A stretch of DNA of 57,821 nucleotides from Candidatus Fermentibacterota bacterium (GTDB lineage: Bacteria; JAFGKV01): the NCBI GenBank assembly GCA_016928395.1, contig JAFGKV010000193.1:1-57821 (forward strand), in the 5' to 3' direction. Both the position numbers and the translations under genes were made by a program. Shown here piece by piece: positions 1-8,405 of the stretch; the first letter of the stretch is position 1, and every line of letters starts with the position of its first letter. The notes beneath the pieces were generated by a model that worked only from the letters and a program-made list of their open reading frames with translations, searched no databases and had not been told where the DNA came from.

Positions 1-29
1 CAATCCCAGGACGAGACTGGTCTGGGCTG

Positions 30-512
30 ATGACGAAAACCCGTCACTCCCGTGCGAGAGAGGATAGGAAGGCTCCCGCCGGAGCCGGTTCTGTGAGCCC
101 CCCTAACGAGACCGTCAGATTCGGGGTTTCTCTTCCCCTGAGCCTGCTTCAGGAACTTGACGGCAAGGTCATCGCCCAAGGCCGTGCCTCCCGTTCGGAG
201 TTCATCCGCGATCTCATCCGGGAGAGGCTCATCAGGGAGAAATGGGCGGGCGACGAGGACGTGGTCGGGGTGCTCACCATCGTGTACGACCACCATCAGC
301 GGGAGCTTCCGAGCCGGATCACGGAAGCCCAGCACAGCCATTACCTACATACAGTGTGCACGACTCATGTCCATTTGGATCACGATGCCTGCTTGGAGGT
401 CATCATTATCCACGGCAAACCCAGCGACATCGAAAGGCTGAGTACCCAGCTCGGCGGACTGCGCGGCGTCAAGTTCAGCAAGCTGACGAGAACCTCACGA
501 GTCGAGACATAG
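30..512 (+). CDS. nikR: Nickel-responsive transcriptional regulator NikR (true start may be GTG at 93)
   Basis: N-terminal RHH (RFGVSL...[11 protein letters not shown]), then VYDHH and QHSH...[13 protein letters not shown] carrying the His/His/His/Cys nickel ligands. Confidence 0.95.
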   Translation: MTKTRHSRAREDRKAPAGAGSVSPPNETVRFGVSLPLSLLQELDGKVIAQGRASRSEFIRDLIRERLIREKWAGDEDVVGVLTIVYDHHQRELPSRITEAQHSHYLHTVCTTHVHLDHDACLEVIIIHGKPSDIERLSTQLGGLRGVKFSKLTRTSRVET

Positions 513-630
513 CCGGCGGCGCCCCGTGCCAGCGGACGCACAGAATCCGAACGCGAAAACCGAAACGCGGGGTCTTCTCAGGGCACGGAGCTGAAGTGCC
601 GGCTCTCGCTCCTGCGGGATCAACCGTGGA

Positions 631-1698
631 CTACAGATCCTCCGGCAGATGGATGGCGAACTGGCAGTGATCGTCGCCTCGCAGCAGGGTCTTCACCACG
701 TCAACGCGAACAGGCCGGCCGATGGCGCCTTCCCACTGGCGTCGCTCCCACCCCGACGAGCAGTAACAGAACGTCGGCGACATCCCCTCCTCCATGTGCT
801 GCCGGATGATGGTGCAGAAACATGCAGCCTTCCGCTTCTCTTCGGGCGTGGTCGCCTGCTCGAATGCCTTGGGGTCACGAGGGTTCTTGGTGGAGAAAAT
901 CGTGCGCCCCTCACGATAGGGGCGCCTGCCCCAGACCGGATCGTTCTCCATGAACTCGAGGACTGCGTCCACGGCCAGCAGCCCGTTGCCGGTGGCTTCC
1001 CTCGCCTCCTCGTAAACGGCTCGGAGCCGCTCCACCTGCTCCGCGGGGAACACATGCGCACACCGGGACAACACTTCGTACTTCTCGAACTCCGTAGCTG
1101 TCTCGTCCACGCGTTGCACCGCACCCTTCGCCCAGGCGAACCGTTCGTCCGCCGCCGACTCCACGGTCAGCACGTCTTGCCCCACCATGATGGCCTGCAT
1201 GGCGGCGGAGCCCAGCACACGATCCAGGTTCCCCCGGAAGAGCCTCTCCCAGTCGTGGATCACGAACTGCACTTCAATCCGGCTCTTGGTTGGGTCGGAG
1301 AGATCGTGGTACACCTCGCGGCAGAACTCGTCCGAGATGAGCCCGTGGGAGTAAGCAGAACTGAACAGCGTCCGGTACGCGCCGCCAATCCCGTCGAGGC
1401 CGCCCTCGTGGACCAGGGAGAGGACAGGCGTTGCGGGCAAGAGCCGGGTGGTAATCCCCTCACCCTCGACCGCTCGGGTTACCGGATACCCCGCCTCGAC
1501 GTCGGACCCATCCTTTACAGGCGTGATGAAGTTGATGATGACAAACGGCGGCCCCGCGATAGCGTCCGTCGGAATCGTCCCTGCGAACCTCGCAAAGACG
1601 GCGGGCAGCTCCTCGCGCTTCTCCAGAACGAACCGTGTCGTGGCCGCCAAGGTGGGAGAGAGCTCCTTGTGCTGAATCCCCTTCTCTTCCAGTGACAT
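631..1698 (-). CDS. GyrI-like small-molecule-binding domain fused to a Cys-rich DUF6144/V4R-like domain
   Basis: N-half GPPF...VEAGYPV...HEGG...REVY (GyrI-like); C-half CAH, ACFC, FCYCSSGW...VKTLLRGDDHCQFAI; ATG at 1698 after GGAGG. Confidence 0.7.
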   Translation of the reverse strand: MSLEEKGIQHKELSPTLAATTRFVLEKREELPAVFARFAGTIPTDAIAGPPFVIINFITPVKDGSDVEAGYPVTRAVEGEGITTRLLPATPVLSLVHEGGLDGIGGAYRTLFSSAYSHGLISDEFCREVYHDLSDPTKSRIEVQFVIHDWERLFRGNLDRVLGSAAMQAIMVGQDVLTVESAADERFAWAKGAVQRVDETATEFEKYEVLSRCAHVFPAEQVERLRAVYEEAREATGNGLLAVDAVLEFMENDPVWGRRPYREGRTIFSTKNPRDPKAFEQATTPEEKRKAACFCTIIRQHMEEGMSPTFCYCSSGWERRQWEGAIGRPVRVDVVKTLLRGDDHCQFAIHLPEDL

Positions 1699-1957
1699 TG
1701 TGTAACCTCCCAGGCTCCGCGCGGTATGTGGGCACAACAAAGATGCACGAATTGTGCGAGAACGCCAGGAGAGAAAGGGGGCCGCTGATGAGAGGTGGCG
1801 GTCAGCCCGCACGGTCCCGGCGACCGCATACCGTCACTCCGAACGCTGTCACGGGTAGCTTGTCGCCGAGGGTGCGACCCGCAGATTGTGGAGGTTTGTA
1901 CTTCCGGTGAGTGCGCTCCCGCTCCCGGCATGAGATAGCATCCATCAGGAGGTCTGC

Positions 1958-3094
1958 GTGAGCAAGAGCCGTCTGCAGCGCATCCGCTCTCTGACGAAGC
2001 GCCTCGCGTTCTCCGTCGTGCCTCTGATCGTTCTGGCCGGCATCAGCGAGACACTCCTTCGGATAGACGAGCCCTCATGGATGGCCTGCGTGCGCACCCG
2101 CGCATGCCCTCCGCATGATCTTCGACCCGCGTTCTACACTCAGCAACGAGGGAATTTCGTCGTGGAGACGGCTGAGCCGCTGTCGCTCTACCACCCGACC
2201 CGCTTCTGGTGGCCAAGGCCCCACGTGCAGGGAACGGTGTGCGGCACTCCCGGCGTGAGAACCAACAGCTTCGGCCATCGAGGCCCTGAAATCGAACTCT
2301 CCCCCACCAGGAGGAATGTGCTCCTCGTCGGTGATTCCGTGGTGTGGGGCAGCGCCGTTCAGGAGACGGAACGGTTCTCCGATCGTACCGGATCGCTTCT
2401 GAGAGCTCGACCCGGTCTGGGCGATGTGCAGATGGTCAACGCGGCGGTGGTGGGATTCTCGACCTTCCAGGCGTTGCAGTATGTCAAAGAAGAGGGGGCA
2501 CGCTTCCGGCCCGAAGTCGTGATCGTCTGCGCGGGGATCAATGACTGCTGGCTGTTCAACAGAAGCGACCGCGAGAGCTACCGGGCCAACATGACAGTGC
2601 CGCAGCGCGTCAAACGCTTTTTGATGAGGTCCAACGCCTTCGTGCTCATCGATCGCTACGTGCGGGAACTGGCGACGTGGATCCGCACAGGAGAGAACCC
2701 GGCGGGCCTCACCTTCATGTTTCGGGAGCCATGGAACCCACGACGGCAACATCGCAACTCCCCTGAGGAGACCGAGCTGAACATCGAGGAACTGGGCGCC
2801 TGGGCCGCCAAGGCCGGAGCCGGGGTAGTGCTGATTCTAGAAGATTACCGCACAGAGCATCCTGAGAACTGGGATCCGGTCGCCTTCGTAGAGGGCCGGC
2901 AGCGGCTGCAATCGCGTGCCGCTGCGCGGGGGTGGCGGGTGATCCGCATTGACAACATGAGGAGAGCCCCCTATCGCCTCCAACCCGCCGACTACTTCGT
3001 CGATTTCTGTCACCTGAACCCGAGGGGACATGAGATCGTGGGGGCCTGGCTGGCAGACGTCTTGGAGGAACTGCTCCGGGAAAGCGCCGCATGA
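1958..3094 (+). CDS. Membrane-anchored SGNH/GDSL hydrolase
   Basis: GDSVVWG, NAAVVG, GIND and DFCHLN blocks; N-terminal TM; AGGAGG before the GTG. Confidence 0.85.
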   Translation: MSKSRLQRIRSLTKRLAFSVVPLIVLAGISETLLRIDEPSWMACVRTRACPPHDLRPAFYTQQRGNFVVETAEPLSLYHPTRFWWPRPHVQGTVCGTPGVRTNSFGHRGPEIELSPTRRNVLLVGDSVVWGSAVQETERFSDRTGSLLRARPGLGDVQMVNAAVVGFSTFQALQYVKEEGARFRPEVVIVCAGINDCWLFNRSDRESYRANMTVPQRVKRFLMRSNAFVLIDRYVRELATWIRTGENPAGLTFMFREPWNPRRQHRNSPEETELNIEELGAWAAKAGAGVVLILEDYRTEHPENWDPVAFVEGRQRLQSRAAARGWRVIRIDNMRRAPYRLQPADYFVDFCHLNPRGHEIVGAWLADVLEELLRESAA

Positions 3095-3157
3095 GTCTCG
3101 CCCATGCGGCGCACACTCACCGCACCCCAGAGGAACCCCGATGTCAGGGGGACGAGC

Positions 3158-3352
3158 TCATGAGGCCGTATGGGACAATCTGAACCGGATGGGTGACGGC
3201 CGGCGCGATGGTTGGTTGCGCATCGCCGATATCAGGCCCGATTCCTTCAGGTGAAGGAGGTTCTCGGCAATCCATGCATCGATCAGCAGAGGATCCACCG
3301 TCTTGCTGGGGAGCTCGGGGACATCAAAATCACGGAGAATGAGATCCGTCAT
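3158..3352 (-). CDS. Small hypothetical protein (64 aa) coupled to the nucleotidyltransferase
   Basis: ATGA overlap with the upstream stop; SD-like GAGGA within the upstream gene end; C-terminus RRPSPIRFRL. Confidence 0.6.
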   Translation of the reverse strand: MTDLILRDFDVPELPSKTVDPLLIDAWIAENLLHLKESGLISAMRNQPSRRPSPIRFRLSHTAS

Positions 3353-3876
3353 AGGTCTTCCTCGACCAGGCGCGCCAGCCCAGGAGGACCGTATCGCTCG
3401 CAGAGCCGGCGCAGCTCACTCACGGGCAGCGCGTCTGGATGTGCCTTCACCAGCGCCACAATGTCGCCGGCCTCTCTGAGCCGACGCTGGGGGTTGTGCT
3501 TGGCGGCGTGGAGCTTCAGGGCGACAAGATGAGGCAGCGATGGAACCCGGAATACGGCGGAGCCGCATCTATACTCGGCACTGTCCTGATCGAGTGCGAC
3601 GAGGGTCGTTTCGTCAACAAGAAGCAGATCCACATCAATGATGGCCGGGGAATCATGCACGAAACGCCGGAAGGCGGCGCTTCTGGCCGTCTCTCGATAC
3701 CCCACCTCAGCGAGAATGCTAGCCAAGTCATCGGCGCCCTCATCGGCAAGGAGAAGGTCTATGTCGATGGTCTGACGAACCACGCCGTATGCCTGCAGCG
3801 CGTATCCGCCGATCAGAAGCACCCTGATGCCCGTCTCCTGCAGTAGCGTCACCAGTAGCTCAAGTTGGCCTCTCAT
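3349..3876 (-). CDS. Pol-beta-superfamily nucleotidyltransferase (DUF6036/AbiEii-like)
   Basis: LIGGYAL...RQTIDIDLL (GG..DxD), VDLL, LVALKL...R..D; GAGGA SD. Confidence 0.8.
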   Translation of the reverse strand: MRGQLELLVTLLQETGIRVLLIGGYALQAYGVVRQTIDIDLLLADEGADDLASILAEVGYRETARSAAFRRFVHDSPAIIDVDLLLVDETTLVALDQDSAEYRCGSAVFRVPSLPHLVALKLHAAKHNPQRRLREAGDIVALVKAHPDALPVSELRRLCERYGPPGLARLVEEDL

Positions 3877-4057
3877 GGCGATCCTCTATCTTGCGCCGAC
3901 GCGTTTCACTATTCGCTGTGACGAGTCTTCGGGAGTCTCGCACGATTGCAGGAGCCAGTCAGGTGGCCTGCCGTGTTCGCGTGCGGATTCGCGGCGAGAC
4001 CAGGGGCAGCCCGACAGATCGCATCCAGCCAAGCGGGGCCGAACGCCTCGCTGGCTT

Positions 4058-4792
4058 TCACTGCGATTCCGCCGTCCACAACCGCATCCACTGCACGATC
4101 GCAGCATTCGCGGCACTAATGTTCGTGGTGGTTGCGGGATTCCCAACGCTGCCGATGTTCAGCCCGTGGTCTCCGCCAACCACCACCACCGGCACGCGTC
4201 GCGCAGCCCCGGCTAGGGCCCCATAGAGCACAGGCAGGGGACAGTTCGCCTCGTCACCCTCGCCCAGCGCGATCAGCACGGGGCGTCTCTCCGCCAGCAA
4301 ATCCGGGTAATACTGCCCGACGGCATCCTCGGTAGGGATCACCGGGGTGAGCAGCACCAAGGCCGCGAGAGAATCATCTTCAGCGAAGACTCCAGCGGCC
4401 AGGACCGAACCCATGGATTTCCCTGCCAGCATTAGGTAGGCCGTGTCGACCCGGTCATGGCGCCTGGCGTGGCGGATCATCGCTCGCAAGTCTTCGATCT
4501 CATCGACAAGGCCCTCAGAAGGTGCTGTGCCCGCGGAGAAGTAGTGCCAGTCGAAGGTGAACACAGCGAATCCGGCGGCCGTGGCCTGCGCGGCGAGATC
4601 GGTGAAGATGGGAAGGCCCTTATGATATCCTCGTCCCGGCGCAACCACGAGACACGGGGCTCGATCGGCGCCCGCGGGAAGATAGATCGAACACTCGACC
4701 TCTCGGGCGTCTGAAGTCGTAACGCGCACGGACTCTGCGGCATCCGGCGCCGCCAGGCCAAGACTCAGCAGCACGGTCAGACTGAAGATCAT
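4058..4792 (-). CDS. Secreted alpha/beta-fold hydrolase
   Basis: Signal peptide MIFSLTVLLSLGLAA; GKSMG nucleophile elbow; GEGD acid and GGDHG His motifs. Confidence 0.85.
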   Translation of the reverse strand: MIFSLTVLLSLGLAAPDAAESVRVTTSDAREVECSIYLPAGADRAPCLVVAPGRGYHKGLPIFTDLAAQATAAGFAVFTFDWHYFSAGTAPSEGLVDEIEDLRAMIRHARRHDRVDTAYLMLAGKSMGSVLAAGVFAEDDSLAALVLLTPVIPTEDAVGQYYPDLLAERRPVLIALGEGDEANCPLPVLYGALAGAARRVPVVVVGGDHGLNIGSVGNPATTTNISAANAAIVQWMRLWTAESQ

Positions 4793-4895
4793 GAGCTTCC
4801 TCCCGGGCCACGCAGGCTTTCCTGCAGTTCGACAAGGCGAATCGTCCGAACCGGTCGTGGCCGGTTCGGACGATGTATCGAAGGTGTCGCGTCGA

Positions 4896-5390
4896 CTATG
4901 CGGTCTTCGGGGCAACCTCGATAACCATGGTGCCGGCCATGGTATCGCCCAGACGCTTCCCCTTGGGATCGCTGAAGACCTTCATGAGCTCCATGATGCC
5001 CAAAATGAGCATGGCGATGCCAAGGACGATGTTGATGAGCCATCCCAGAACGGGAATCACCATGAAGAATGCCATGATCGGCCCGATGGCGAACATCCAG
5101 TTGCGCTTGGCGGAGGTCGCGTAGTCGATCTTGGCTGTGGGGTTGGCCTCCATCACCACCGACAGGCCCATGAGCTTCTTGCCGACACTCTTGAACTCGA
5201 GAGCCTGAATCGGCAAGGCATCCCGCAGGAGCATGTAGGCAGCGCCGACGATGCCTCCGATGACCGGGATCGCCGAGACGACCCCCGCCAAGATGCCATC
5301 GATCAAGGTGGCGATAATGCGTTTGGTCGGGTCGGCCTTCTGAAGCTCAGGGCTGACAGGAACACCGGTCTGCGCGACGTCACCATTCAT
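4896..5390 (-). CDS. RDD family membrane protein
   Basis: KRIIATLID, SVGKKLMGL, RN and KRLGDTMAGT motifs; GGAGG SD. Confidence 0.9.
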   Translation of the reverse strand: MNGDVAQTGVPVSPELQKADPTKRIIATLIDGILAGVVSAIPVIGGIVGAAYMLLRDALPIQALEFKSVGKKLMGLSVVMEANPTAKIDYATSAKRNWMFAIGPIMAFFMVIPVLGWLINIVLGIAMLILGIMELMKVFSDPKGKRLGDTMAGTMVIEVAPKTA

Positions 5391-5682
5391 TGCGGCCTCC
5401 TTCTCGGACCCTCTACTGAGAAATCATGCTCTCAATGGAGCCCTTGTCGCCTGTGGATCCCGAATCGAGTCGGGCGGCTCGATCCCATGAAACGCGATTA
5501 TGGTGAAACATACGTAACGGTTCGTACCATCTGATGTCAAGCCAGGCGCATGCGTAGGGATCCCCTCCTTCGCTGCGGTGTACGACCGCGTGCGGATGCC
5601 GTGCCGGCGCCGTTGATGGGCCGGTCATGGCAAGGTCCAAGGTGACCATACGCCTCACACACGCCCACGCAGGAGGAAGACA

Positions 5683-6192
5683 GTGGACTTCGCCGAACTC
5701 ATACAGAAACGCTACAGCGTGAGGGCATACCGCCCGCTTCCAGTTGAAGAAGAGAAGCTGGCCGCGATCCTGGATGCCGCCCGGCTAGCGCCCACCGCGG
5801 CCAACCGGCAACCGTTCAAGATCGTCGTCATCAGGCCCCAGGGCCGGGAGCAGGAGCTGAGACGCATCTATGATGCAGACTGGTTTGTTTCCGCGCCCGT
5901 CATTCTGGCGGTGATCGGCATCCCCGCCAAGAACTGGAAGCGCAAGGACGGCAAGAACTACAACGACGTCGATGCAGCTATCGTCATGGACCACATCATA
6001 CTCCAGGCCGCCGACATGGGCCTTGGCACCTGCTGGATCGGCGCCTTCGATCCCCAGGCGGCTCGGGAGGTTCTGGCGCTGCCCCCGGACGTCGAACCCA
6101 TCGCATTCACCCCCCTGGGGTATGCCGCAGACAGCCCCAAACCCAAGCAACGAAGGCCGCAATCGGAACTCGTCGCGTTTGACCGCTGGTAA
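5683..6192 (+). CDS. Nitroreductase family protein
   Basis: KRYSVRAY, APTAANRQP, GLGTCWIGAF; AGGAGG before the GTG. Confidence 0.93.
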   Translation: MDFAELIQKRYSVRAYRPLPVEEEKLAAILDAARLAPTAANRQPFKIVVIRPQGREQELRRIYDADWFVSAPVILAVIGIPAKNWKRKDGKNYNDVDAAIVMDHIILQAADMGLGTCWIGAFDPQAAREVLALPPDVEPIAFTPLGYAADSPKPKQRRPQSELVAFDRW

Positions 6193-6226
6193 CCCGGTCG
6201 GTGTGGGGCGGCGTGCGACCTCTGTC

Positions 6227-6256
6227 CGGAGCTATTCTAAGCTTAGAATAGCTCCG
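6227..6256. repeat. Perfect 30-bp palindrome; copy 1 of CTATTCT-N6-AGAATAG
   Basis: CGGAGCTATTCTAAG|CTTAGAATAGCTCCG read directly. Confidence 0.9.
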
Positions 6257-6546
6257 CTCCCCTGCCACACAGGTCATCATTGCCCCGGGCGCATGTGGTG
6301 CGGGCAGATCCCGTGGCCCGGTCGGATCGCGCAGCCGGTGGATCAAGACCTGGAATGCCCTCTGCCGTGCGATGCGCGGAAAAACACAGAACCCCAACGA
6401 GTAGGCTAACCGGCGAGACCCATGTGTCACAAGGCGGATCGTCGATGAACGTTTTTCCTTGACGCCTTGACTCATCGGCGTATCTATACGCGACATTGTT
6501 CACTATGCCTGAATCCGCCTGCGCTCCCCCCCCGACCGGAGGCCGA

Positions 6547-7587
6547 ATGCAACGGACGCCGAGGCTGCTGCGAGAAGACCGCCTGAGCGACTTCCTCTGT
6601 GCCCTGCCTGGTGACCATTGCTTTGTGTCTGTGGAGACGAAATCCGGCACCGACTACGCCGAATACCCGACCTCCTCGACTGCTCTTCGGTTCCACCGTC
6701 CGACATCGCCCATCAAGCAGTTCTTCCTGCCCCCCAGAGAGCACATCGCCGCCTATTGGGGAGCCCAGGGCCTCCCGGAGATCGTCCCGTTCAGCTTGGT
6801 GGGGTTGCGCAACTGCGATCTGCTCAGCCTCCGCTACCTCGATCACGTATTCCTGGGCGGCATCTGCGAGGATCCGTTCTACAGGGCACGGCGGGCGGCG
6901 GCATTTCTCGTGTCTGTGGACTGCCTCCCCCCCCAGAAGACATGCTTCTGCACGGCCGTGGGCGGAAGGCCATACCCCGAAGGAGGGTTTGACATCAATC
7001 TGTCACCCGTTGACGACGGCTATGTGGCGGTGGCAGGGAGCGATGCGGGTGAGTCCCTTCTGGCGGGCCTGCCCTTCCTGGAGGATGCCGGCGACCACCT
7101 CCTCGGCCAGGTGGAGGCGGCACGGTCGTCGATGGTGGAGGCGTTGGCGCCAGCGGCCGGATCGGTGGACCCGGACAGAGCGGCCCGGACGCTGGCGGGA
7201 ACCGAGGTGAATCGGGCCTGGGAGCCGTGGGCGGGCAAATGCGTCGAGTGCGGCGCCTGTACCGCGGTATGCCCAACATGCCACTGCTACTACATCATTG
7301 ACACGCCGGGGATTGACCCCGAGATACAACCTGGCGCCTATGCCAAGGTTCGTACATGGGACAGCTGCCTTTTGGCGGAGTATGCTCGAATGGCAGGCGC
7401 CGGCGCAAAGCTTACTCCCCGGCCTCGGCTGCGAAGCAGGCTCTCGAACCGCGTGCTGCACAAGTATGTGTACTCGCCCGACCAGTATGGGATGTGCGGG
7501 TGTCTGGGGTGCGGGCGATGTGATGAAGCCTGCCTGGGCGGCATGAAGATACGCGACATGGTAGATGCGGTTGGTTCCCAGCGATGA
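6547..7587 (+). CDS. AsrA/HydB/FlxB-like 4Fe-4S dicluster protein
   Basis: GLRNCD, TCFCT, CVECGACTAVCPTCHC, WDSC, CLGCGRCDEAC; GGAGG before ATG 6547. Confidence 0.88.
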   Translation: MQRTPRLLREDRLSDFLCALPGDHCFVSVETKSGTDYAEYPTSSTALRFHRPTSPIKQFFLPPREHIAAYWGAQGLPEIVPFSLVGLRNCDLLSLRYLDHVFLGGICEDPFYRARRAAAFLVSVDCLPPQKTCFCTAVGGRPYPEGGFDINLSPVDDGYVAVAGSDAGESLLAGLPFLEDAGDHLLGQVEAARSSMVEALAPAAGSVDPDRAARTLAGTEVNRAWEPWAGKCVECGACTAVCPTCHCYYIIDTPGIDPEIQPGAYAKVRTWDSCLLAEYARMAGAGAKLTPRPRLRSRLSNRVLHKYVYSPDQYGMCGCLGCGRCDEACLGGMKIRDMVDAVGSQR

Positions 7588-8405
7588 CCCTGCACGCGAA
7601 CCCGTACGAGCCCATCGCAGCCAGGCTGGCCGAAGTGGTTGATGAGACCCCGACCATCAAGACTTTCATTTTCACCCCCGATGAGCCCATCCCGTTCGTA
7701 TCGGGCCAGTTCGTCCAGCTCTGCCTCCCCGGTATCGGTGAGGCGCCCTTCACCCCATCGAGCTCGCCTCGTGAACCCAACAGGATCGAGATCACCATCC
7801 TCCGTACTGGAGCGGTTACCGAAGCGCTGCACCGGCTAGAGCCGGGGGCTGAGCTGGGGATCCGGGGGCCCCTGGGCAAGGGATACCCGGTGGATGAGCT
7901 GGAGGGAAAGGACATCCTTGTGGTCGGAGGAGGTGTCGGGCTCGCGCCCTTACGGGCGCTGCTCTACCACCTGTTCCACATCCGGGACCAGGTTGGCAAG
8001 ATCGAAATCAAGTACGGCGCCCGCTCGCCGGAGGAGCTGCTGTTCCGCCGTCAGTACGGCCAGTGGTCTGTCCTGCCCGGCGTTCGGTTCTCCGCGACGG
8101 TGGATGTACCCCATCCGCAGTGGACGGGGCGAACGGGCGTAGTCACGGTATTGCTTGATGACATCCAGCTGGATCTGAAGAGCTGCCTCGTGTTCTCGTG
8201 CGGCCCTGGTGTCATGTTCAAATTCGTGGTGCAGAAACTGCTGGAGCTCGGCGCCAGACCTGAGCAGATTTACCTTTCGATGAACCGACGGATGAGCTGT
8301 GGGATCGGGAAATGCGGGCGGTGCAACATAGGTCCGTACTATCTGTGCAAAGACGGGCCTGACATGAACTACGCGAAGATCATGGGATACGCGGATGTAT
8401 TCTAA
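7584..8405 (+). CDS. AsrB/HydG/FlxA-like FAD/NAD(P)-binding protein with a C-terminal 2Fe-2S motif
   Basis: GQF...GEAPF, RGPLGKG, GGGVGLAP, CGP, MSCGIGKCGRC...CKDGP. Confidence 0.92.
   Translation: MTLHANPYEPIAARLAEVVDETPTIKTFIFTPDEPIPFVSGQFVQLCLPGIGEAPFTPSSSPREPNRIEITILRTGAVTEALHRLEPGAELGIRGPLGKGYPVDELEGKDILVVGGGVGLAPLRALLYHLFHIRDQVGKIEIKYGARSPEELLFRRQYGQWSVLPGVRFSATVDVPHPQWTGRTGVVTVLLDDIQLDLKSCLVFSCGPGVMFKFVVQKLLELGARPEQIYLSMNRRMSCGIGKCGRCNIGPYYLCKDGPDMNYAKIMGYADVF

Noticed and set aside
3908-3930. Possible fourth palindrome copy (CTATTCG...CGAGTCT); a similar weak match lies at 49083
   Set aside because: The right arm matches poorly and is compatible with chance.
6415-6510. Rex or NikR operator in the hydrogenase promoter (TCACAA, TTGTTCA)
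   Set aside because: Half-sites only, with no properly spaced palindrome.
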